Made by a program: the position numbers and the translations under genes
DNA from: Nitrospinaceae bacterium
Lineage (GTDB): Bacteria; Nitrospinota; Nitrospinia; Nitrospinales; Nitrospinaceae
Direction of reading: 5' to 3'
DNA length: 64,000 nucleotides
Assembly: GCA_965223665.1 (NCBI GenBank)
Contig: OZ245011.1
Span: 1,056,001-1,120,000, forward strand
Notes under the pieces: generated by a model
Seen by the model: the letters and a program-made list of their open reading frames with translations, nothing else
What the model was told of the DNA's origin: nothing
The model's database searches: none
Shown: piece by piece, positions 51,558 through 62,310 of the stretch
Numbering within the stretch: position 1 is the stretch's first letter
Layout of the letters: every line of letters starts with the position of its first letter

Positions 51558-53909
51558 TTAAATGTTCAAAGGATGTTTTTCTCTATTTTTATTAACTTCA
51601 ATATGATTTAAAAATTCATCTAGATTTTCAATAAATTCAGGGACATCCAATGGCTTTACAATGTAATTTTCAAAACCCAAGTCCCTCGCCCTTTGAATAT
51701 CCTTTTTCATTGCATTTGCGCTAATAGCCCAAATGGGAATGAATTTCGTCTCTGGTTTACTTTTAAATATTTTAAAGGCAGTGATTCCATCCATTTCTGG
51801 AAGATTAATATCTAACAAGATTAAGTCAGGTTGACGACTCATAGCCAATTCAATTCCCGAGATGGCTTCAGGGGCAGAAATTAATTTAATATTAGGATAA
51901 TTGTGTCCAATTATTTCTTTGACTAGTTTTAAATTTACAGGGTTATCTTCTATATATAAGATTGAAATTTCATCTAGTTCTTTTTCAATTTTTTCTATTG
52001 TTTTTATTTTAGGTTGAGTTAAATTTGATTTTTCCCTCGCCTTTCCCTTTGGCAAATCAATATAAAATGTAGTTCCCTGACCAAGAGTTGTAGAAAAATA
52101 TATCGATCCAGACATAGCTTCAATCAAGTTTTTTGAAATGGTTAATCCAATACCGGTTCCCTCAATTGAAGAATTTTGATTACTTAATCGATTAAAAGGC
52201 TCAAAAATAGCTTTTTTATCCTTATCTGAAATTCCCAATCCCGTATCTTTTACATAAACTTGGATAAACTCTGATTCCAATACCTTATAACCCAAAGAAA
52301 CACTACCATTAGGCTTATTGTATTTAATTGCGTTAGATAAAAGATTTAGCACCACCTGTCTTAACCTAAAGTAATCTGCCACAATAAAGTCTTCACTGGA
52401 TAAATTTATTTCATTATTAATAACGACACCATACTTATCGCCTAGTGGCTTTGCCAAGTCTAAAGTTTCTTCTAAAAAAGGACCGATATTAACATTTTCA
52501 ATTGAAAGTTGAAGTTTTCCTGATTCAATTTTGGAAAGGTCTAAAATTTCATTAATTAACTCTAATAAATGATTTCCTCCTTTAATAATAAAGTCTAAAT
52601 TCTGAGATTGACTTTCATTTAGAGGGTTTCCAGTAGGCATCTTTAATACTTGGGCAAACCCTAATATTGCGTTCAAGGGAGTTCTAAGCTCATGACTCAT
52701 TTTAGCGAGAAAATCAGATTTAGCATTATTTGCTTTTTCCGCATTTTCCTTGGAAAGAATTAAGCTTTCTTGCGTTACCTTTAAATCATTGATCATCTGA
52801 TTAAAGGCCTTAGCAAGGGTCCCAAGCTCATCATCCGACTTTATTTCAATTGCAGGGGGAAGTTGCCCTTTAGAAATATCCTGTGCGGCATTAATTAGTT
52901 TCGATATCGGACTCCGAATTTGAGTGGATATTGCAACAGCCAGAATAATTGTTAAAACCACAACCAAAAAGCCAAACTGGAAAAACTTTTCCCTCAATTC
53001 TATGGTCGGAGCAAAAGCTTTATGAGTCTCTTGCATTACTAACACCGACCAATTAAAGCTGCTCAATATTCCCTTATACGCGGATCCTGCATATCCGATC
53101 AAAAACTCTCTACCTAATGGATCTTTTTCTATCAAAAAACCTCTACTACCATTTTGAGCTTGTTTGGTGGCATTAAAATTTTGTTTGGGAAATTTATAAT
53201 CCCAAATACTTAAGAAATTTTGATTAGTTTTAAATCTAAAAATAAACTCAGGAGCGGCAATAATCTCACCATTTCTATTTATTAAAATGGCGTATTGGGA
53301 TTGATTTTGTTCAACACCACCAATTTTTATTGAATTAATATTATCTATTAGTGCCTTCCAATTACAATGAAGAAAGAGATGACCTAAAACTTTCCGACTA
53401 TCTTCTTCCCAATATATGGGCAATGATAATGTTAATACTAATCCACCCGCCTTCTTAAAAAAATTAAGATCTTGAGCTAGGAAATCCTTTGCTTTAACGC
53501 CAGCTTGATACCATTTTTCTTTTGATACATTAATATTTTTAAGCTTTGAATTTGTTGAAGCCAGGATTTTTCCTCCAGGTTGCATTACAGAAATCACCCA
53601 GTAAGGAGATTCTCTTTTCTTTAATTGTTTCATAAAGTATTGCAAAGATGGGTGGTCACCCTGTAAAGCTATTTTTTGAAGGGTTTTATTGGAAGCCCAA
53701 TTTTCCAAATCGCGTCGGGCTTCCCTTATCATTAAAAACAGGTCTTCCATAGATTGGGTGGCTTTTGTCTGAAATTTAGTACCAATACTTTTTTCCAAAG
53801 CCACTCTGCTGTTTTCATAGGTAAAATAATATAAGGTTCCTAAGGGTAAAAATGAAACAATAATAAAACTTATAATTATTTTAAAGTTCAGCGTTTTAAA
53901 AAATTTCAT
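51558..53909 (-). CDS. Hybrid sensor histidine kinase (Cache-like, HAMP, HisKA, HATPase, receiver)
   Basis: DELGTLAKAFNQMI, FLAKMSHELRTPLNAILG, NLLSNAIKYN, DTGLG, GTGIGL, ILLDINLP. Confidence 0.93.
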   Translation of the reverse strand: MKFFKTLNFKIIISFIIVSFLPLGTLYYFTYENSRVALEKSIGTKFQTKATQSMEDLFLMIREARRDLENWASNKTLQKIALQGDHPSLQYFMKQLKKRESPYWVISVMQPGGKILASTNSKLKNINVSKEKWYQAGVKAKDFLAQDLNFFKKAGGLVLTLSLPIYWEEDSRKVLGHLFLHCNWKALIDNINSIKIGGVEQNQSQYAILINRNGEIIAAPEFIFRFKTNQNFLSIWDYKFPKQNFNATKQAQNGSRGFLIEKDPLGREFLIGYAGSAYKGILSSFNWSVLVMQETHKAFAPTIELREKFFQFGFLVVVLTIILAVAISTQIRSPISKLINAAQDISKGQLPPAIEIKSDDELGTLAKAFNQMINDLKVTQESLILSKENAEKANNAKSDFLAKMSHELRTPLNAILGFAQVLKMPTGNPLNESQSQNLDFIIKGGNHLLELINEILDLSKIESGKLQLSIENVNIGPFLEETLDLAKPLGDKYGVVINNEINLSSEDFIVADYFRLRQVVLNLLSNAIKYNKPNGSVSLGYKVLESEFIQVYVKDTGLGISDKDKKAIFEPFNRLSNQNSSIEGTGIGLTISKNLIEAMSGSIYFSTTLGQGTTFYIDLPKGKAREKSNLTQPKIKTIEKIEKELDEISILYIEDNPVNLKLVKEIIGHNYPNIKLISAPEAISGIELAMSRQPDLILLDINLPEMDGITAFKIFKSKPETKFIPIWAISANAMKKDIQRARDLGFENYIVKPLDVPEFIENLDEFLNHIEVNKNREKHPLNI

Positions 53910-54192
53910 TTAATCTTTGCAAACTGATTTGGTAAAGATACTCAACCAATAAGAAATTGAAGTTTCGCCAACTAAAGGCTTACAATTGCAGCAATTTTAC
54001 ATAACATTTTGCATTTAAATAGACTAAAGTCTTTAATACAAAAGTCAATTTATTTGGATAATCGAAAAAAAGGTAGGACTTGCTAAATATATTCCAACAA
54101 AATTCAAGGGCTTTTAATAAATAAAGACGTAATCAAAAAAAGGGGGAGGAGATTATTACGGTTCATTTCTCACATTTTCTTTACTCGAAGCA

Positions 54193-55386
54193 TCATTGAA
54201 TTTTTTTCCATGAAACTGTTCTAAATGTACTTTTTGTAACACTGTTTAAATTACTGAGAGCAGAACAACTATAATGGATCTCAGCATTATCATCTAGTTG
54301 TAATACAGCTTTATTATTTTTATTACTGGCAATTATTACACCTCCATATACTTGAGGATTTCCATTCTGATTGTGAAGTTTTCCCTGACAATTCGGGCAA
54401 CCTCCAATAATAATAAGACCGTTCCACTGAAAATCATCTTTCATCATAAACTGATTGTTAACCACTAAAATACCATATCCCATTAAATTACCACTTCCCG
54501 TAAAAGCTCCCTCACTATAAAATACTCCCGGGTCATCCTCGGAACCCAAAACCCCTCCATTCATTGAACCCGGCAAAAGCTGAGCATCTGGAACTGACAA
54601 AATCCTTTCTCTAAGTTCCTGCAGCTCTTCTAAGGTGAATGAATCATTTCCTGTAGTAATGCTGTTATTACCTTCCACACCTGTAAAATTTTCTTTTTGA
54701 GAACTATCAACATTTGTTAAATCTAAATCTATTCCAGAAGCACTAGAAACTAAAGCATAAATCGATGGACAATTAGAATCTAGCTCCGGACCTAATGAAC
54801 CTCTTTTGGTTCCATTTCCATTAACCTTAAAACTGGATCCAGGAGTGGAAACGACCGACTGATCACTTACTAAGGTTACCGCACCAGGCAATTGAGGAAG
54901 ATCTAAATTAATTTTTCTCACCCTTGCTTCTAAATGTTCAGATAATCCTTCAGAACTAATTCCAATTGAGTCAATCATTATAACGTTATCAGAGTCTTTC
55001 CAAACATCCCCGTCATCCATATTATCTAAAACTCTAGTATAGTATTTCCCTTCATTAAAGTTGATCCTCGTATAATTTATTCCGCGATAATTCTCGGTAG
55101 TGCCAAAAGAAGGGAATAAGCCATTGTCTGCCATAATTTCTTTATTACCATCCTCGCCAGCGAGAGTTGCATTAAAATCTTTGTCCCTAACTAAGGATTT
55201 TGTATGTTCTAGTCCCGCTTCTGCTATATAGAAAGCTTCTTTATTTTGCTTGTTTACATTAGCCTGACTAATTTCATTCGTTGTTTGCATTACCAGCATA
55301 GGTACCATAATTGAAATGACCAATAAAAGAAGCAATACTACGATAAGAACAGAGCCTTGATTATTTTTCAATCTTCCTATTAGCAT
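54193..55386 (-). CDS. PilX N-terminal domain protein (minor-pilin-like)
   Basis: NNQGSVLIVVLLLLLVISIM...EAFYIAEAGLE. Confidence 0.82.
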   Translation of the reverse strand: MLIGRLKNNQGSVLIVVLLLLLVISIMVPMLVMQTTNEISQANVNKQNKEAFYIAEAGLEHTKSLVRDKDFNATLAGEDGNKEIMADNGLFPSFGTTENYRGINYTRINFNEGKYYTRVLDNMDDGDVWKDSDNVIMIDSIGISSEGLSEHLEARVRKINLDLPQLPGAVTLVSDQSVVSTPGSSFKVNGNGTKRGSLGPELDSNCPSIYALVSSASGIDLDLTNVDSSQKENFTGVEGNNSITTGNDSFTLEELQELRERILSVPDAQLLPGSMNGGVLGSEDDPGVFYSEGAFTGSGNLMGYGILVVNNQFMMKDDFQWNGLIIIGGCPNCQGKLHNQNGNPQVYGGVIIASNKNNKAVLQLDDNAEIHYSCSALSNLNSVTKSTFRTVSWKKIQ

Positions 55387-55988
55387 TAAATTTCGACGAT
55401 TTCCTAATAATTAGACTTATACATTTATGTTTGCTCGTCCAATTACATTTAAAGGTCTATGACTTTATTAATTTCTCTTCCTTACCCAAACAGAATCATT
55501 TTCAATGGTTTTTTTATATTGAAAATAAGGTTAGATAAAATCTTCCAATTTTAAATTCGGCAAATTTTGCTATCAAAAATAATTTATAAGGAAAGCTTCT
55601 TAATTCTTTCCTTTTGAAGTTTCCTGTTAGAAAAAAACGAATTTAATCTGTAATTTCTATCAACTATAGTTTAAGGTCACCGACGATTCATACAAGAGGA
55701 ATTGTTCTTTTAAATATTAATGGCTGATATACCTTTTTTTGTATACAATGCGGCGTTTTACAAAGGTAATATCTGACTGTGACTCTAGCAAAACCTGAGG
55801 AAATTGCTTTTGAAAAAAAAGAGAGAATTAAAGATAATTCTGGCGGAAAGAATTTAGTCTCTTCTGAGAAAAAAACAAAAATACTTAAATGTTTAAGTAA
55901 GTAACCACTTTAATAAACAAGAGTGATTATATATATTAGGAAAAGTCTATCAGCACATAAAGCTGATTTTAAATGTTAGCAAACAAAT

Positions 55989-56062
<74 letters not shown>

Positions 56063-56413
56063 CTATGAAAAACAATAGATCATGTTAAACCTTAGATGCT
56101 AACAGCATCTCAGAAATTTCTTGTGCCTGAGGCCGAACAATTAATTAGAACTGAGATGATTTACAGAAACTAAATTCTAAAGCTGAACTGAAATTCGATG
56201 TTTGGTCAGGAGCGGCTAGTATTTTTTTCTCCGTCTATCATGAATCCAATATCATATGAAATTTAAAATCTTATCAAATAAAATCATCATTGAAGCAATT
56301 GGATATTTCATAATTTCTTCTATCTAAATGACTAGCTCAACTGAGACTTTTCCTAAAGGAATTCCTAAAACCTATGAGTTAATAACAGGTCTCCATTCTC
56401 AAAAAAAATTCTT

Positions 56414-56821
56414 TTACATGTGCGCAAAAAACTCAGGTTCAATGAGGCTTCTTAGAACATCACCTCTAGAAACAATTCCCACCAGCTTATTGTCCTTAAC
56501 AATGGGCAGTCGGATGATATGAAATTCCTCCATAATTTTAATGAATTCATCAACAGTTGCATCTTCCCTTGCAGTCACAACATCTCGGGTCATAATATCC
56601 TTAGCTGTGATTCTAACCAATTCCTTTGCTTCTTTCACGGCCTTTAAAAGATCCAGTTCTGTGATAATTCCTACAAGTTTTCCTTCCTCATTCGTAACAG
56701 GCATTCCGCTATAAAGACCCGTCATTAACTGTAAAGCCACATCCCGAGCGGAAGCGTTTTCTCTGGCTGAAATCACGGGGCTTGTCATTATCTCTGAGGC
56801 TTTCCTGGTTAAGTTAATCAT
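56414..56821 (-). CDS. CBS-pair domain protein
   Basis: ASEIMTSPVIS...MPVTNEEGKLVGIITELD...LPIVKDNKLVGIVSRGD. Confidence 0.92.
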   Translation of the reverse strand: MINLTRKASEIMTSPVISARENASARDVALQLMTGLYSGMPVTNEEGKLVGIITELDLLKAVKEAKELVRITAKDIMTRDVVTAREDATVDEFIKIMEEFHIIRLPIVKDNKLVGIVSRGDVLRSLIEPEFFAHM

Positions 56822-56832
56822 AGTTCACCCCC

Positions 56833-57048
56833 CTATTTTTCATGATAGTATTTGAAAGACAAGTTTACTCTCGCACGATAGGCGACGACCTTTCCGTCTT
56901 CCACCCGCATATCAAGCTTACTTATTTCAGCGATTCTAAGGTCATCCAATGTTTTAGCAGCGGTTTCAATCGCATTTTTAGCCGCCTCCTCCCAAGAAAC
57001 TTCACTAGTCCCAATAAGTTCAATAATTTTATAAACTGTATCACTCAT
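56833..57048 (-). CDS. Dodecin family protein
   Basis: VYKIIELIGTSEVSWEEAAKNAIETAAKTL...YRARVNLSFKY. Confidence 0.92.
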   Translation of the reverse strand: MSDTVYKIIELIGTSEVSWEEAAKNAIETAAKTLDDLRIAEISKLDMRVEDGKVVAYRARVNLSFKYYHEK

Positions 57049-57388
57049 GATATTCCTTTCAGTTAGAGTTTTCTATAAAATATGAAGGTCCTGATTCTTG
57101 TTAAAACATATTCTGATTTCAATTTATTTTTTCCACTCAATGGTACCTTCTAATATTTAAGATGGTTGGACGGAAATAAATATTCCCAGGTTGAGAAGAT
57201 TTTGTGTGAGCGGGATTCAAGTACCGGGAAAAATTATTTTCCGGAGGACTGTCCCTCTTTAGTTATACAAGCAGGAGGAATGAAAAATAGCTTCTTCATA
57301 CAAAGTCTATTTCTGCTAATTCATGTAATTTTTACAAGTTGTTTGCATTTTATCGTAAATATACCTTGATTGAATCCAAAAACATTTG

Positions 57389-58456
57389 CTAAAAGTTTTG
57401 GTCTTCCTCATTATTGGGCCTGCTTCGAGTTTTGACTCGGTCGGCAAAAATTTTATGAATACGGCTATCATCGTCTTCATCAAAAATATTTCCAAGGAAG
57501 GCTTCAATGATGTCTTCCATGGTAACAATTCCTAAACGATCTCCCTTAGCCGAGACCACTAATGCCATGTGAAGATGCTGTTTCTGCAGAAGGCGTAAAA
57601 CAGGCAAAATAGTATCTGTATTTTTTACAATTACTATTGGATGAATAATACCCTTCCAAGTTTTAGCTCCAACTTCTCTCAAGCCAAGAAATTCCTTAGT
57701 ATGCAGCGTCCCTAAAACCTCCTTATTTTTTAAGACCGGAAGACGAGTATGGCCCGAAGCAAATACTATGGTTGCAACTTCTTCAATGGAACTTGATTCT
57801 AGCAAATGAATTACTTCACGCCAGGGAACTAGAATGTCCTGAACTTGCTTACGTTCTATGGAAACTAAATTCACCACTGCCCGCTGATGCGTGGGAGAAA
57901 GGGAACCAATTTGAATAGTAGTTTCTTGGGGAAGGCGGGATGGTCGACTTCTTGGAAAAAAAACTTTAAGTACTTTTTTTGTGGACCACTCCAGCAATGT
58001 CACCGCAGGGGATAGCATCTTGTCCGCAAAAGCGATCCATCGCGAGCCCTTAAGGACCGTGTTTGCCGGGCTCCGTAAAGCCAGAGATTTTGGAGTGAGT
58101 TCTCCTAATACTATATTGAAAAAGGATAAGGGTAAGACAACGAGAAATATGGAAACAATTTCAGCAGCCAATTGTGTCATACCCCATTCAGTGATGAAAA
58201 AAGGCTGAATTTTGGCTGTTGCTTCCATACCTCCTACAGCCGCTGCCAACAGAGCCACCAGGGTGATACCCAATTGGATGACAGAAAGCGTCCGTTCAGG
58301 ATTTGATCGGCGGTCTAACACCCACTGTGCCATTTTGGATCCTTCTTTGGCAATGTTACGAAGTTCACCCGGGGGGAAGCTCACAAATGCCATTTCGAAG
58401 GCGGCTAATAAAGAATTGATCACAAGGCAAAATAAAATTACAAAAATGGATTCCAT
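57389..58456 (-). CDS. CNNM (DUF21) + CBS membrane protein, CorB/HlyC-like, lacking the C-terminal CorC domain
   Basis: LAAFEMAFVS, LSVIQLGIT, IVLGELTPKSLA, GHTRLPV, GIVTMEDIIE. Confidence 0.9.
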   Translation of the reverse strand: MESIFVILFCLVINSLLAAFEMAFVSFPPGELRNIAKEGSKMAQWVLDRRSNPERTLSVIQLGITLVALLAAAVGGMEATAKIQPFFITEWGMTQLAAEIVSIFLVVLPLSFFNIVLGELTPKSLALRSPANTVLKGSRWIAFADKMLSPAVTLLEWSTKKVLKVFFPRSRPSRLPQETTIQIGSLSPTHQRAVVNLVSIERKQVQDILVPWREVIHLLESSSIEEVATIVFASGHTRLPVLKNKEVLGTLHTKEFLGLREVGAKTWKGIIHPIVIVKNTDTILPVLRLLQKQHLHMALVVSAKGDRLGIVTMEDIIEAFLGNIFDEDDDSRIHKIFADRVKTRSRPNNEEDQNF

Positions 58457-58794
58457 AAATTTAAGATGGGTTTGAGTGGAAAAACGGATTACCTGACCAA
58501 CTGGATATTTATACCATAGCTATATCCCTTTTGGTTGAATTGCAACTAGATAAAATATATTGGATATAGAAGCGTATGATTATCAATATCATCCGACTAT
58601 TAATGACCTCCATCGATTAAGGATAGCCAATATATTTTATAATATTAATTTCGCTCCCTGAAACTACCCCCCTTTATATTTTCTTAAAACCAAGACTGAT
58701 CTACCCCTTTTTATTAATCAGTTTTTAGGCAAAAATAAATTTTCATTTGAAATTTAAAAATTTATTATATTATTCAACCGACCTGGGATTCTTC

Positions 58795-61461
58795 TTAATT
58801 TTTTGTAGACCGCCCCCTCAGTTTATCCAGTTCATTAACCAGAATAATCAAAAAAGACACCGAAATAATTACAGGCCAACTGGTTTGGTCTAAAGGTCTT
58901 AAAGAAAGAAGACTCTGAGTTCCTGGAAAATATAGCGCTCCGATATGAATGGCCAGAGAAAAAAGTGTCCCAAAAAAAAGAAATTTATTTTTCATAAGGT
59001 GATTTTTTAAGATTGAGATATTTTCGCTTCGACAATTAAAGACGTGAACAACTTGAAACATCACCAGAAGAGTGAGACATGAGACTTGAGCATAATCTAG
59101 CGACATCTTTCGATAGTAATGTTCCCAATAAAACATAAGAATTGTGCCTACCGCCATAAAGAGACCAATGGAAAGCATCCTCAAAAGGAGATTTCGCCCT
59201 AAGATCCCTTCCTCAAGAGAACGAGGGCCCTTTCTCACTAGGTCTTCAGACTGCGGTTCAAAAGCCAAGGCTACATCTAAAATTCCATTTGTTACCACAT
59301 TAAGCCACAGGATTTGGGTAGGTAAAAGCATTAGTGGCCATCTCAGAGGCAAGGCCGCCGAAAGAGCCAACACTTCGGCCAAAGCGCAGCTTACAAGAAA
59401 AAAGGTTGTCATGCGAATATTTCGAAAAGCTGTTCGCCCTTCTTTAACGGCTTCAAAAATCGTGGCGAAGTTGTCATCTGTAAGGACCATTTCGCTGGCC
59501 TCCTTGGCAACATCGGTACCAGTAATTCCCATGGCCGCACCAAGGTGGGCCAATTTCAAAGCGGGAGCATCATTAACCCCATCCCCTGTGACGGTTACAA
59601 CACAACCTTTCTTTTGAAAAGCTTTCACCAAATCATGTTTTTGGTTAGGACGAACCCGGGCAAAAACATTGGCCTTGGCCATCAGCTTATCGAGTTGCTC
59701 TTCATCGGCCTCATAGAGTTCACTGCCTTCCCCTACCCCTGTTTCTTCTTCGGTCACAATGCCAACCTTGCGAGCAATAGAGAGGGCAGTTTTGCCATAG
59801 TCTCCGGTGCACATAACAACCCGGATACCTGCTTTATGACACTCGCGAACAGCTTCGGAAGCCTCTTTTCGAGGAGGATCCCAAAATCCTATTAAACCAA
59901 GAAGGCGAAAGCAGCCTTTTTCATTTAGGCTTTCAGGCTTATCCTTTAAGATCTCGAAAGTCTCTTGTCCAGTCCCTTCCACAAAGGCTAAAACCCGAAG
60001 TCCTTCTTCCCCCCATCGATCAGAAACCTGTTGGGCTTTTGAGATTACTTCAGACTGAGAACAAAGCTCCAAAAGAATTTCTCCTGCTCCTTTTGCAAGG
60101 ATGACAGGTTCAGCTTCAGAGGGGTGCTTATGAAGAGAAGCGGAAAAGCGCAAATCTGAGTCAAAAGGAATTTCATCAATCTTTTGCCAGGTTGAAAAAG
60201 AATCAACTATCTTTAATTTTTCTACTGCTTGTAAAAGGGCAATATCCATGGCATCTCCAAAGAACTGCCAATTCTCTTGGATATCTTTTTTCTTATGGGC
60301 TTCGTTGTTCAAGTAAGAGCAAAGAAGAAGTCTTTCCAATGGCTTGGATGCTGACGACAGGGACTCTAGAATATACTCTTTTTCTCCATTCCATAATGTT
60401 TTGACTTCCATTTTATTTAATGTGAGCGTTCCGGTCTTGTCTGTGATAATCACATTGGTACTTCCGAGAGTTTCCACCGCCGGCAAGTGTCTAATAATGG
60501 CTCTACGATCGGCCATCCTTTTTATACTAATAGCCAAAGCAATGGTCACTACAACGGGTAGACCTTCGGGCATGGCCGAAACCGCGACAGCAACCGCCAT
60601 AAAAAACATCTCTTCAAGGTCTCGCCCTAAAAAAAGCCCCAGGGAAAAAAGCCCAACTGAAACACCAGAGATGGCAAGGGCGATTCGATTGGCCAGCTTA
60701 TCGAGCCGAGATTGCAAGGGGGCTTTTGCCGCTTTCGAGCTTTTCAGTTTTTCAGCAATCGACCCAATTTCTGTCGCCCCTCCCGTCGCCACAATAATGG
60801 CCTTGGCCTTTCCGGAAGTCACAGAAGTACCCATAAAGAGAATATTATGTTGATCTGAGGGAGATGGATTCTCCTCTAAGCTTTCAAGAGTTTCAGCGTT
60901 CTTTGAAACGGGAACAGATTCTCCCGTCAGCGGGGCTTCACTAACACGTAATGATTGAGAATCTAAAATTCTCATATCTGCCGAAACGAGATCCCCTTCT
61001 CCGACTTCAACAATATCACCCGGAACGAGGAGGCTGCTTTCCACTTGTTTAGTTTTTCCCCCACGGCAGACAATACTCATAGGAGAAACCAAATTTAATA
61101 GAGACTTAATAGCATTTTCGGCCCTAAATTCTTGAACAAAGCCAATTACTGTATTTAAAAGAAGAACAATGGAGATAACCAGAGCATCGGAGTCATGATT
61201 AAGAAAAATACTGATGATGGCCGCGACTAAAAGAACATAAACAAGAGGACTCGCCAGTTGTTTGATCAGAAGCAACCACCAAGGCCTTCTTTTCGATTCG
61301 GCCAACCTGTTTTCACCAAACCTTATTAAACGACGTTCAGCCTCGTCATATGAAAGCCCCTCAGGAGAGGTTTCTAAAAGGTGAAAAACTTCTTGAGGAG
61401 TTTTTTCAAACCATCTCTTTTGGCTTTTCAACTTATTTTCTTCTTTTGTACTCATTCGCAT
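58795..61461 (-). CDS. Cation-transporting P-type ATPase (P2A/Ca2+-type)
   Basis: LTGES, MPEGLP, DKTGTLT, TGD, GDGVNDAPAL, QILWLNVVTNG. Confidence 0.95.
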   Translation of the reverse strand: MRMSTKEENKLKSQKRWFEKTPQEVFHLLETSPEGLSYDEAERRLIRFGENRLAESKRRPWWLLLIKQLASPLVYVLLVAAIISIFLNHDSDALVISIVLLLNTVIGFVQEFRAENAIKSLLNLVSPMSIVCRGGKTKQVESSLLVPGDIVEVGEGDLVSADMRILDSQSLRVSEAPLTGESVPVSKNAETLESLEENPSPSDQHNILFMGTSVTSGKAKAIIVATGGATEIGSIAEKLKSSKAAKAPLQSRLDKLANRIALAISGVSVGLFSLGLFLGRDLEEMFFMAVAVAVSAMPEGLPVVVTIALAISIKRMADRRAIIRHLPAVETLGSTNVIITDKTGTLTLNKMEVKTLWNGEKEYILESLSSASKPLERLLLCSYLNNEAHKKKDIQENWQFFGDAMDIALLQAVEKLKIVDSFSTWQKIDEIPFDSDLRFSASLHKHPSEAEPVILAKGAGEILLELCSQSEVISKAQQVSDRWGEEGLRVLAFVEGTGQETFEILKDKPESLNEKGCFRLLGLIGFWDPPRKEASEAVRECHKAGIRVVMCTGDYGKTALSIARKVGIVTEEETGVGEGSELYEADEEQLDKLMAKANVFARVRPNQKHDLVKAFQKKGCVVTVTGDGVNDAPALKLAHLGAAMGITGTDVAKEASEMVLTDDNFATIFEAVKEGRTAFRNIRMTTFFLVSCALAEVLALSAALPLRWPLMLLPTQILWLNVVTNGILDVALAFEPQSEDLVRKGPRSLEEGILGRNLLLRMLSIGLFMAVGTILMFYWEHYYRKMSLDYAQVSCLTLLVMFQVVHVFNCRSENISILKNHLMKNKFLFFGTLFSLAIHIGALYFPGTQSLLSLRPLDQTSWPVIISVSFLIILVNELDKLRGRSTKN

Positions 61462-61571
61462 CCTTCTGGATATGTAATGGGAAACCTACTTTTTTTTGAA
61501 TGCTTCTTTTTCCGGTAGCATCCCAATTCATGATAGCCCTTGTCGTTATCCACATTTCATCCCTCTTCATT

Positions 61572-61702
61572 GCCCTGGCCGGTACTTAAATGGTTAGGGT
61601 CTCTGACCTACTGGCCTACCGAACAGGTTTGGGTGAAGCTCTTAAGGGAGGAATCTTTTTAGATACCTTCACCTTAATCTCAGGCTCTAAAGGGACCCGA
61701 CC
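61572..61702. ncRNA. Unidentified structured non-coding element upstream of the P-type ATPase
   Basis: Nested helices 61597-61604/61691-61698, 61613-61617/61682-61686, 61625-61638/61667-61680 plus two tip hairpins; GC-rich in an AT-rich intergenic region. Confidence 0.5.
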
Positions 61703-62126
61703 TTTGATATGCAATCTAGATGTTAATCTCATGTATATTTGAAAAGCATATTGATAAAGGGGGAATGTAAAATACGTTAGTTTATTGCAGGGCGAATCAG
61801 ACTAATATAAAATAAAACGGTCTTTCTCATTTATAGCCTCCATTATATCAGTAGCATATCCTGCAAAGAAGGTAATGCCAATTCCCAATATCATGGAAAG
61901 AGTTATTATTGCAGAATGAATCTCTGATGACCCAACCCTTCGATATTTATACCAGATTAAAATTTAATCAGGAATAATCCAGAAGGTTCAAATGGTCCAA
62001 AAATAAGCCTCTTCTCAGTAACAAATGGCAGTTTTCAACAACAAACTGCAATTACTAAATTCTCATATTCCATTGAATTAATTTCTATTATCTATTGTCA
62101 GTTTTTGTAGCTTGCTAATTAGTCCA

Positions 62127-62169
<43 letters not shown>

Positions 62170-62310
62170 TCTTAATAGCAACCTATTCTTTAAGGGAAAT
62201 AAGGAATTATTAAAAAATTAGGAGAGAATATTTCTATCTAGAATAAATTCCATTTTATCTTTAGTTGAATTACATTTTATAAAATGAGATTTCGGGATAA
62301 AAAGTTCTGT

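Noticed and set aside
61606-61635. c-di-AMP (ydaO) riboswitch, from CCCAAACC...GTAGG on the minus strand
   Set aside because: The 5' half of that aptamer and its pairing partners are absent; M-box and yybP-ykoY motifs were also not found by eye
61800-62075. Integrase remnant next to attR
   Set aside because: Broken frames resemble a small membrane-protein fragment; no tyrosine- or serine-recombinase motifs seen
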